Shown here one piece after another: positions 7,515-15,108 of a stretch of 18,512 nucleotides of DNA. The position numbers and the translations under genes were made by a program. Every line of letters begins with the position of its first letter. Within the stretch, counting starts at the first letter, position 1. Below the pieces are notes generated by a model, which was not told where the DNA came from, searched no databases, and saw only the letters and a list, made by a program, of their open reading frames with translations. Source of the DNA: Bdellovibrio sp. (lineage in GTDB: Bacteria > Bdellovibrionota > Bdellovibrionia > Bdellovibrionales > Bdellovibrionaceae); NCBI GenBank assembly GCA_046318155.1, contig JBKCUU010000124.1, positions 1 to 18,512 on the forward strand, written 5' to 3'.

Positions 7515-7837
7515 TCAGAGAGATTAATCTTTGATGAAATCAACAGGGACGAAGGAATCGCCCGGGACAGTTGGTCACTATCCCGAAAACTTAGAGGAGG
7601 AACATCAAGGAAGAAAAAATTTGCTGTACCAGGTGAAGGCCACCCGCACAAATGACGTGCGTACAAGCAAAAGCAAAAGAGTTGGCATGGCCACAACTCA
7701 CAAAGTCTACCGAATGAAGATCATGAAGTAGGCTCGGCTCGGACGCCGCTCTCTGAAAAAGAGAGAACAACTTACAAGGAAGGATTTTAATTTATGAAAA
7801 ACAAAAAATAAAAAGATCTTAATTTAGGAGGATCATA
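7515..7837 (+). promoter_or_regulatory. Long structured, GGA-rich flagellin 5' leader (putative CsrA-controlled)
   Basis: Serial hairpins and repeated GGA motifs (CAGGGAC, AAGGAA, AGAGGAGGA, CAAGGA, TCGGAC loop, CAAGGAAGGA, TAGGAGGA). The SD lies partly within the GATCTT/AGGATC stem. Confidence 0.5.
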
Positions 7838-8671
7838 ATGGGAATGCGTGTAACTACAAACTTGTCTGCGATCAATGCACAACGTAATTTGATTGGCAGC
7901 CAACGCTCAATCAATAAATCAATGGCGCAATTGGCGAGCGGAAGCCGTATCAATATCGCTGCTGATGACGCCGCCGGGCTCGCAATTTCGGAACGTTTGA
8001 AAGCCAGTATCCGCTCGGCTCGTCAAGCAAACCGCAATGCGAACGATGGTATCTCGATGGTTCAAACTGCTGAGGGCGGGTTGAACGAAATCGGTAACAT
8101 CGTCACTCGTCTGCGTGAATTGGGCATCCAAGCCGCATCTGACACGGTTGGATCGATCGAGCGCTCGTTCTTGGACAAAGAGGTTCAACAATTGAAGTCA
8201 GAGGTTCAACGTATCTCGACTTCGACAAAATGGGGAACAACGAATCTTTTGGATGGTTCGACTCCTACCTTTGATTTCCAAATCGGTATCTACAACAAAG
8301 CTGAAGAAGATCGCATCTCTTTCAACGCTTCAGAAAACAATGCACAGTTGGATGCTCTGGGGCTCACGGGTATCGACTACACGACTAAGGAAGGTGCTCA
8401 GGAGGCTTTGTCTCTCTTGGATACCGCTCAAAATTCGATCAACGGTTCACGCGCCAATTTGGGTGCTTTGCAGAATCGTCTGACTTCGACTGTTGATAAC
8501 TTGGGTGTTTTGGAAGAGAACATGTCAGCAGCCAATTCACGAATCCGCGACACTGACGTGGCGATGGCTTCATCTGAAATGGTTCGCAACAACATCTTGT
8601 TGCAAGCTGGTACTTCGACACTAGCACAAGCAAATCAAGTCAATCAGTTGGCCCTTAAACTCATCGGCTGA
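7838..8671 (+). CDS. fliC: Flagellin (short type, lacking large D2/D3 domains)
   Basis: LASGSRINIAADDAAGLAIS, RNANDGISMVQTAEGGL, RANLGALQNRL and SRIRDTDVA..SSEMVRNNIL. SD AGGAGG. Confidence 0.98.
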   Translation: MGMRVTTNLSAINAQRNLIGSQRSINKSMAQLASGSRINIAADDAAGLAISERLKASIRSARQANRNANDGISMVQTAEGGLNEIGNIVTRLRELGIQAASDTVGSIERSFLDKEVQQLKSEVQRISTSTKWGTTNLLDGSTPTFDFQIGIYNKAEEDRISFNASENNAQLDALGLTGIDYTTKEGAQEALSLLDTAQNSINGSRANLGALQNRLTSTVDNLGVLEENMSAANSRIRDTDVAMASSEMVRNNILLQAGTSTLAQANQVNQLALKLIG

Positions 8672-8691
8672 TCGGTTGTCTCAGCATGACT

Positions 8692-8729
8692 GGAGTCCCG
8701 AAGCCTTGATGGCTTCGGGACTTCTTTTT
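8692..8729 (+). terminator. Intrinsic terminator 1 after fliC
   Basis: GGAGTCCCGAAGCC-TTGAT-GGCTTCGGGACTTC followed by TTTTT. Confidence 0.9.
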
Positions 8730-8735
8730 CATCAT

Positions 8736-8772
8736 AAAACCGCGGTGTAAAGATCCGCGGTTTTTCTTTTTT
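8736..8772 (+). terminator. Second terminator-like hairpin after fliC
   Basis: AAAACCGCGG-TGTAAAGAT-CCGCGGTTTT followed by a T-rich tract. Confidence 0.75.
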
Positions 8773-8789
8773 GCGGAGCTGGCCAGACG

Positions 8790-9158
8790 TTGGTCGCAAA
8801 ACGCCGCTCACTCCGAGTCCTGCAAACTGGGAATGCCGGAAATCATTTGCATCTGCTCCTCAGATTCCCCAACCGCACTTGTTACCTTGCTTTTATTCGC
8901 AGCCTGACGGGAACGATGGTGCGGCGGATTTGTGGTCCCTCGGCACTAGCCCTGCGGTTCTTCGATTTTCGTCCGCTTTCTCGACTGATTAACGGGGGGC
9001 GACGGGATTTCTTAACCACGCGAGCCTACGTCGAACTCAATGAGCGCGAAGGACGTGGCCTCAATCCGTATCAAAGAAATCGATTGAGGCAAAGCCTTCG
9101 CCTCAAAAATCAAAAGCCTGACGAACCTCATGGGTTTTTTCAAAAACCCGACTCCTAG
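8790..9158 (+). pseudogene. 5'-truncated HUH/Y1 tyrosine transposase (IS200/RAYT-like)
   Basis: GNHLHLLL (HUH motif), FFDFRPLSRLI and AYVELN (typical catalytic Tyr helix, Y...N). TTG start with no SD, an in-frame TAA at 8748-8750, and only about 17 residues before the HUH motif, so the usual N-terminal strands are missing. Confidence 0.65.
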
Positions 9159-9435
9159 CCGAAATTCACCAAGCCATTTATTTTCAAGGGAGACCAGAGA
9201 TTCTCGAATGGATTCAGTACCCGCGCTCTGACTCGACGAGTTCATGAAAAGAGGAGAGCAGCAACCTGAGCCCGCTCTCCAAAAGTTGCGCAGAAAACAA
9301 AACATCAAACCACGTCCCCCATTTTAATCTGTCTGCTTTTGTCGAGGGGGCAGACAGTTCGCCTGCACACCCTCGCGAAGTTTTTGGAACTGTCGAACTT
9401 ATGCTCGGAATTATTTAATAAAATCATATACTTAG

Positions 9436-9463
9436 TAAAGACAAACGGACACCTGTCCGATAG
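9436..9463 (+). promoter_or_regulatory. Candidate sigma28 (FliA) promoter
   Basis: TAAAG-N15-TCCGATAG about 30 nt upstream of the lipoprotein start. An IHF-like AATCATATACTTA at 9422-9434 has one mismatch to WATCAANNNNTTR. Confidence 0.65.
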
Positions 9464-9492
9464 GCTAGGTATTGTAATCCCGAGGAGGAGAC

Positions 9493-10278
9493 ATGAAAAA
9501 ATTCAAGCTACAGATAAAATCAGCACTCTTGGTTCTGTCGGCCCTGTCCTTAATGGCCTGCGGAAAAGGATTTCAAGCAACGAGCGATGCCGTCAACTCG
9601 GGCGGGAATTCAGGACTGGGCGGCGGCGGCTCCAATGACGGCGTGGTCACAGGCCCCACCGTCGATCAAAAATGGCAGTCAGTCAAAAGTGGCACGGAGG
9701 GCGCGATCGATGGGACCACTCCTTATAAAGGTTCACTCGCCATCCAAATCGACAAGGCCCGTCAGGCGATTGTCTTAATCCTGCCTTTGCCGTCGATGTT
9801 TTTGCTCCCGATTAGTTCGATGCCCATTCCCGAAATGCCCGGCGCTTCGGTCGAAATGGTCACTCGCAGTGACGGTTCGGTGGCCATGGGTGTCGTGATC
9901 CCGCTTCAGTATTTGCTCAAAGGTGCAAGCTTTGCAAACTACGCGCGCCTGCCTAATGGTGAGCCTCTGCCTGGCATCCCCGTGGGCGAGTCGCGCGGAT
10001 TTGCCCTGAGCTTCCCTCAAAAGCCCAGCTACAAGCTGCACCTCTATTTAGCCGTCAATGCCGCAGCCGTCTTTATCGAAACTCCTGATTTTAAGCTCCC
10101 CTCAGAGCTGACTTTTCTTCCAACCGTGTCATTTCCCATCAAAAACTCGGCAAGAACCCAAATCGTGGGCTACTTCGCCGTCGTGCCAAATCGCGGCACG
10201 TTCAACAGCGGCGTCTATGTCTCCTCACGCCTCCCCACCCAAATCGCCATCCTCATCGACGAACTCCTGCAGTTCTAA
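9493..10278 (+). CDS. Hypothetical lipoprotein
   Basis: SD GAGGAGG, signal peptide with lipobox LMA-C, a Gly/Ser linker, then a Pro-rich hydrophobic domain that is probably beta-rich. Confidence 0.85.
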   Translation: MKKFKLQIKSALLVLSALSLMACGKGFQATSDAVNSGGNSGLGGGGSNDGVVTGPTVDQKWQSVKSGTEGAIDGTTPYKGSLAIQIDKARQAIVLILPLPSMFLLPISSMPIPEMPGASVEMVTRSDGSVAMGVVIPLQYLLKGASFANYARLPNGEPLPGIPVGESRGFALSFPQKPSYKLHLYLAVNAAAVFIETPDFKLPSELTFLPTVSFPIKNSARTQIVGYFAVVPNRGTFNSGVYVSSRLPTQIAILIDELLQF

Positions 10279-10313
10279 AGATCCTAAGAACTCGTAATAA
10301 ACCACTGATCTAT

Positions 10314-10340
10314 CGAGGGCCCCAAAAAGCCCTCGTTTTT
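10314..10340 (+). terminator. Intrinsic terminator after lipoprotein gene
   Basis: CGAGGGC-CCCAAAAA-GCCCTCG-TTTTT. Confidence 0.7.
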
Positions 10341-10369
10341 GACGCCTCCCCACCCCCCACCGAGAAAGA

Positions 10370-10491
10370 GCAAGCTCGCCATCGGGCCATATTCGAGGCC
10401 GCAGGGCCCGGGCCGACCGAGGCATGGCACAGCCATGTCGCAGGGAGGCTCGGGACCGAGAACGAAGAAGATGGCCCGATGACGAGCTTGC
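10370..10491. repeat. Long imperfect palindromic element (MITE-like or structured RNA)
   Basis: 21-bp arms GCAAGCTCGCCATCGGGCCAT / ATGGCCCGATGACGAGCTTGC (20/21 complementary) enclosing nested stems CCCGGGCC/GGCTCGGG and GGCATGGC-ACA-GCCATGTC. Confidence 0.8.
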
Positions 10492-10581
10492 GGTATAAGA
10501 AAAAAAGACTTGTTGTGGGGGGGTGCTTTCCCCTAGCCTACAAACATTCATTTTTTACGATTAACCAGTCGGGGGATAACC

Positions 10582-11067
10582 ATGGCAAAAAAGAAAAAAG
10601 CGTCTAAAAAAGCCGCAAAACCTGCTAAAAAAGCTACAAAAAAAACGGCTCCTAAAGCTAAAAAAGCGACTAAAAAGGCGTCTAAAAAGACAACCAAGAA
10701 AGCCGCTTCCAAAAAAGCCGCGCCCAAAAAGGCTAAGGCAAAAAAAGCAGCACCTAAGAAAGCCGCCAAACCTGCAAAGAAATCGCCTCTGAAAAAAGCA
10801 GCTAAAGTTGCTGGAGCAGGCGCCATCGCAGCCGGCGTGATGAATCACGAGCCCTTGATGGAAGAAATGGATGAGTTCGGCGACGAAATGGGCGGACTTG
10901 AGGATATGGAAGCAGACGACGAAAACGCTGAAGATTCTGACGAAGAGACTTCTGTTGCGGGCGAAAAAGTCGAAGAGCCCGAAGAAGACGACGCGTTCGA
11001 AAAAGTCGATGACGATGATGATGACGAAGACGACGACGCGGATGGCGACGACGAAGGTTACTTCTGA
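10582..11067 (+). CDS. Histone H1-like Lys/Ala-rich protein with long acidic C-terminal half
   Basis: SD GGGGGA; 35 Lys in residues 1-75 (KKAA/PAKK repeats) and 40 Asp/Glu in residues 90-161. Confidence 0.85.
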   Translation: MAKKKKASKKAAKPAKKATKKTAPKAKKATKKASKKTTKKAASKKAAPKKAKAKKAAPKKAAKPAKKSPLKKAAKVAGAGAIAAGVMNHEPLMEEMDEFGDEMGGLEDMEADDENAEDSDEETSVAGEKVEEPEEDDAFEKVDDDDDDEDDDADGDDEGYF

Positions 11068-11993
11068 TCGAGCGTACAGCGGTTGCGTTTCATCCAGTCT
11101 TGAGCTTCTTTGATAAAGCCAGATGAGGTGACTGCGTAACCGCCCCTCGGATCGTCGGCGGCGGCTCTGTAGTTGACGAATTTTTTGGTTTGCGGCTCTT
11201 GGATCGTGAGCGCACTCGAAATCAATCCAACGAGCACGGCCTCACCGGCTGAGTTCTTTCGCCAAATCGGCCCACCCGAAGCACCAAGAAAAGTGTCGGC
11301 GCGGTATTCCACGACATGCGCGCCTTCGCTGCGAAGCCCAATCACGTTGCGCGGAGTTTTCAAAAATTCGGCCGTGGGATCACTTGAAAGTTTTGTCCCC
11401 TCAACGATATCAGCGCTGTAACCACTGGCTTCAAAGCCCTTGCGGTTCTCGAGCGAAGCGGGCTCTTCGTACTGAATGCGCATAAATCCCAAGGTCGATC
11501 CAATACTTGAATCCAGCTTGAGAATGGCAAAATCTCCTGAACGTGAAGAGTCATCTCCGACGTATCCCGCAACAACGTTTGTCGTAGCCGGAACGCCGCC
11601 CACTGGATTAAACACCAACGCTGAAACAGGCCGAGCCTGATTGCTCGAATCAATCATACAGTGTTTTGCTGTGATGATATGACAAGGACTAATGAGCGAT
11701 GCCGAGCAGTGGCCTCCAGGCCACGTAACCCGCCCCATACTTCGATAAGGGTAAATGGGCTCGGTGATAATCTGCCGGTCTTCACGACCATAAATCGCAG
11801 CCGTGCGCAGTCGCGCTCCAAGAGCATCGACCTGAGCATAAGGATCATTCAAGGGCAGCATCGGCACAAGGCCAGCCAATCGCGCAAAAGGGCTCTGGGC
11901 ACGCATCGAGACGGGGCAATCGGGATCCCACGACGCCCGCGCCGAAGCCGCGATGAGGACAAAAAAAATCAAGCCGACCCACCCACGACCCAT
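11058..11993 (-). CDS. Secreted trypsin-like (S1, V8-type) serine protease
   Basis: Signal peptide, AIYGREDR mature-type N-terminus, CSASLI, ITAKHC (His), GDFAILKL (Asp) and DT..GASGGP (Ser). Confidence 0.92.
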   Translation of the reverse strand: MGRGWVGLIFFVLIAASARASWDPDCPVSMRAQSPFARLAGLVPMLPLNDPYAQVDALGARLRTAAIYGREDRQIITEPIYPYRSMGRVTWPGGHCSASLISPCHIITAKHCMIDSSNQARPVSALVFNPVGGVPATTNVVAGYVGDDSSRSGDFAILKLDSSIGSTLGFMRIQYEEPASLENRKGFEASGYSADIVEGTKLSSDPTAEFLKTPRNVIGLRSEGAHVVEYRADTFLGASGGPIWRKNSAGEAVLVGLISSALTIQEPQTKKFVNYRAAADDPRGGYAVTSSGFIKEAQDWMKRNRCTLDQK

Positions 11994-11995
11994 CC

Positions 11996-12400
11996 TTACT
12001 TACCGTCTTGGCTGGAGCCGTATTTGGCTTTCTCGAGAAGCACGGCCTTCCAAAATGCAGAGGCGCAGATTTTTTTTAGGCACTCGTCACGACAGGTTTC
12101 GCCCTTTATACTGGCCAAAATTTCGTCTTGAGACGCGTTTTGTGCATCGAGCTTGGCTTGAATTGCCCGCATAATCTGCGAGAGTGAATCGAGATCCTGA
12201 CCGCACAGGCCTTTCTCTTTGGGATGGCGAACCAACTTGTCGATCGATTTGGGAACTTCAGTCAAAATATTCGCGAGCATTTTTTTTTCTTCGAGCGTTG
12301 CGGGCTGGGGCGTGGGCGCCATCTTGGGCTTGGCCGAAAGAGTCAAGCCAACTAAAAGGCAGGCGGCGGCACAAACAAACCCCATTACAAATTTCATCAT
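11996..12400 (-). CDS. Small secreted Cys-containing hypothetical protein
   Basis: SD AAGGAG, signal peptide, and a likely helical mature region with four Cys (LC...TCRDECLKKIC). Tightly spaced with both neighbours (17 bp and 2 bp). Confidence 0.75.
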   Translation of the reverse strand: MMKFVMGFVCAAACLLVGLTLSAKPKMAPTPQPATLEEKKMLANILTEVPKSIDKLVRHPKEKGLCGQDLDSLSQIMRAIQAKLDAQNASQDEILASIKGETCRDECLKKICASAFWKAVLLEKAKYGSSQDGK

Positions 12401-12417
12401 GATCGACTCCTTAAGCC

Positions 12418-13968
12418 TTACCGGCGACAGAATGTTCGGGCAGCATCACCATTGGCAAGATCCACAGCTTCACAAAGACTGACGACGCGTCCACCAAGAG
12501 ACTCCATCTGTTTAAAATAGGGCATCAACATTTCGGTTGCGGTTACCGATTGAGGATGAATGTCGTGAAACAGAATCACTCCCCGTCCGCGCATTTCCAT
12601 TTGCTGCTGAACGCGCCGAACGATATCCCTGGCCCCGTTGGGATTGGCCGCTTTATTCCAGTCCAAGCTGTCCACAGCCCAGAACGCATGCAAGTAACCA
12701 CGATCGGCCAAAGCCTGACGAACGGGCATCACGCGCGTGCAGGCGCCATAGGGACAACGGTAAAACTGAGGGCGGTAACCAAAAGCGCGGGCCATGATTT
12801 GATCCGGCTGAAGAATCTCGGATTTAATTGCTTGATCCATATCCCAGTCGCGAACCGCACCAAAGTTAACATGCGTCTGCGAGTGATTTGCCAAAAGATG
12901 TCCCTGCTTATTGGCATAATCAATAATGGGCTTCATATCAGGGTTGGCCACATTTTTACCAAGCCAAAAGAAAGTCGCGCGGTAGCCATTGCGCTGGAGC
13001 GTTTGCATGATGCTTTTTGAGTGAGCGCCGTGAGGCCCGTCATCGTAAGTCAAAACCCAGGTGCCGGCTGGAAACGAGCCGCCCACAATGTTGCCAGCTG
13101 CGTTTGCTGCAGGAAAAATGACTTTTGTTCCTGCTGGTTTGCGATCAAAATCAAAGCTCAGAGCTGCAACGTCACGTTTGATGACATCGCCTTCGCGTTC
13201 AATTTCAAAATCGAGGGCCTGGTCCTGAGCCGACTCTTCAATTTTTTGGTCCAGCTCGGGACCGAATTTTTTCAAAACTTTTTGAATTTTCATGCTTGAA
13301 TCTAAAAACTGTGCTCCAAATTGCCGGTCAAAACGTTGCACTTCGTTTCGGCCCGCCGAAATTTGTTGAACTGGTGCGTTGGCGGCTTGAACGACGAGGT
13401 AATCGCGAATCGAATTGAGCGTCGACTCCAGTGCGAAGATGTCTGACGTTTTTGTGCGCTCTTGCAATTTTCCCATAACGCCGATCCGGATGTCGTTGAC
13501 CCGGCGGTAGTCGTCTTTGCGTCCCTCAGCCAACGCTTTTTGTGCATCTTGATAAAGGCGGTCATAGAGGTACATGACGGTGTCTTCAGTTCGGCGCGCG
13601 ATCTCTTCAGCCGCGTGAATTTTAAGATACACGTCCGAATTGAACATATCTAAAACCGATTTCGGATCGGGAACTGCCTGGGGATTGGCTTTAAACTTCT
13701 TGTAGTCTTCAGCCAACTGCTTATCAAACTCTTGAACAAATCCAATGGACCGCGCATTGATTTTTGCGAGACGAGTAAATAGATCCGCAAAATCTTTTGC
13801 TGGGTTGGGTGAGTTCAAGATTTGCTGATAGGTCACGTCTTGTCTTTGCTGCCAGGAGAGAGCTGGTTCAGACTGCGGCGCGCGCGGAGCCGAAGACGTG
13901 CAACCCAAAAATCCAAAAGCGATCAAAACCACGGCGCTTGACAGCACCGAACGACCTAAAAACGACAT
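12418..13968 (-). CDS. Polysaccharide/peptidoglycan deacetylase (CE4, NodB domain) lipoprotein with N-terminal helical domain
   Basis: Lipobox FLG-C; all five CE4 motifs present: TYDDGP, NHSQTH, RCPYG, DSLDW and LFHD. Confidence 0.93.
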   Translation of the reverse strand: MSFLGRSVLSSAVVLIAFGFLGCTSSAPRAPQSEPALSWQQRQDVTYQQILNSPNPAKDFADLFTRLAKINARSIGFVQEFDKQLAEDYKKFKANPQAVPDPKSVLDMFNSDVYLKIHAAEEIARRTEDTVMYLYDRLYQDAQKALAEGRKDDYRRVNDIRIGVMGKLQERTKTSDIFALESTLNSIRDYLVVQAANAPVQQISAGRNEVQRFDRQFGAQFLDSSMKIQKVLKKFGPELDQKIEESAQDQALDFEIEREGDVIKRDVAALSFDFDRKPAGTKVIFPAANAAGNIVGGSFPAGTWVLTYDDGPHGAHSKSIMQTLQRNGYRATFFWLGKNVANPDMKPIIDYANKQGHLLANHSQTHVNFGAVRDWDMDQAIKSEILQPDQIMARAFGYRPQFYRCPYGACTRVMPVRQALADRGYLHAFWAVDSLDWNKAANPNGARDIVRRVQQQMEMRGRGVILFHDIHPQSVTATEMLMPYFKQMESLGGRVVSLCEAVDLANGDAARTFCRR

Positions 13969-14009
13969 AAAAAACCCCTTCGTTGAGTCTCTAGTCTCCG
14001 CGAAGGGGT
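13969..14009 (-). terminator. Terminator-like hairpin overlapping the deacetylase RBS
   Basis: On the minus strand: ACCCCTTCG-N18-CGAAGGGGT-TTTTT, immediately followed by the ATG at 13968. Confidence 0.6.
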
Positions 14010-14049
14010 CATATTTACGATAGTTTAAAAAAGACGGCCAGGCGTTGGT

Positions 14050-15108
14050 CTAGATCTTCTCGGGTTTGCTGTGAACAGCGAAACGGTCGAACTCGCCATA
14101 CTCGTGCAGTTTGTTGTAAAGAGTCTTGATCGTGATTCCAAGAGCTTGTGCCGCTTGTGTCTTGTTGCCATCAAAATGCTCAAGGGCTTTCAAAATCCAA
14201 CGCTTTTCAAGTTCAGAAACCGTGATCGTCGGATCGTAGTCACCGGTCTCGTCTTTTTGCTCGGGATTGCGAACGTTCTCAGGGAGATCGTTCAACATGA
14301 TCATGTGACCCTCAGATAAAATCTGAAGACGCTCACACACATTTTGCAATTCACGGATATTACCTGGCCAGTCATAGCCAGACATGACTTTCATGGCTTC
14401 AGCATCCATCTGCTTACCGCGGTTCAAAAACTGGTTCGAACCTTGTGACAAGAAGTGATTGATCAAGGTAGGAATGTCTTCCTTGCGGCGGCGCAAAGGC
14501 GGAACTTGAGTCACGATCGTATTGATCCGATAGAACAAATCCTCACGGAAGTTGCCGACTTGAACTTCTTTTTCCAAGTCACGGTTGGTCGCGCAGATGA
14601 CTCGCACGTCAACTTTGATCGGATCTTTACCGCCAACGCGGAAGATCTCGCCCTCTTGCAAGAAGCGCAAAAGTTTCGCCTGAATCGCCGGCGCCAGCTC
14701 ACCAATTTCATCTAAGAAAAGAGTTCCGCCGTTGGCGGCTTCAGCCAAACCTAATTTTTTAGCGTAAGCGCCCGTAAACGAACCTTTTTCGTGACCAAAA
14801 AGTTCGCTCTCTAAGAGAGATTCGCGAAGAGCACCGCAGTTGATGGCGACAAAAGCCTTGCCTTTACGATTTGAGCGTTCGTGAACGGCATTGGCGATCA
14901 ACTCTTTACCCGTTCCAGACTCACCTAAAATCAAGATGTTGGCTTGTGAAGGAGCAACTCGGTCGACGATTTTCATCAGCTGAGTCATGCTATCAGATTG
15001 ATAGACGATGGTTCGCTTCTCAGTCATTGTGTGAGTGGGAGTTTGCCACATCACCTGTTTTGTATTTTGCGAAGCAGGCAAAATGGGAGCATTGATATCA
15101 TTCGACAT
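14050..15108 (-). CDS. Sigma54-dependent transcriptional activator (AAA+ and Fis-type HTH), no N-terminal sensor domain
   Basis: GESGTGKE, ESELFGHEKGSFTGA, LFLDEIGEL, FREDLFYRIN, WPGNIRELQN and GNKTQAAQALGITIKTLYNKL. Start placed at ATG 15108 (AAGGTGG SD). Confidence 0.95.
   Translation of the reverse strand: MSNDINAPILPASQNTKQVMWQTPTHTMTEKRTIVYQSDSMTQLMKIVDRVAPSQANILILGESGTGKELIANAVHERSNRKGKAFVAINCGALRESLLESELFGHEKGSFTGAYAKKLGLAEAANGGTLFLDEIGELAPAIQAKLLRFLQEGEIFRVGGKDPIKVDVRVICATNRDLEKEVQVGNFREDLFYRINTIVTQVPPLRRRKEDIPTLINHFLSQGSNQFLNRGKQMDAEAMKVMSGYDWPGNIRELQNVCERLQILSEGHMIMLNDLPENVRNPEQKDETGDYDPTITVSELEKRWILKALEHFDGNKTQAAQALGITIKTLYNKLHEYGEFDRFAVHSKPEKI

Noticed and set aside
7131..7731. 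ORFs of 174 aa (+), 154 aa (-) and 66 aa (+) upstream of fliC
   Set aside because: Non-protein-like composition, no convincing SD, and they overlap the predicted promoter and structured leader.
10370..10491. Rod-shaped palindrome considered as SRP (4.5S) RNA or a tRNA
   Set aside because: It lacks the conserved SRP helix-8 CAGG..GGAA..GCAG motif and has no cloverleaf or T-loop.
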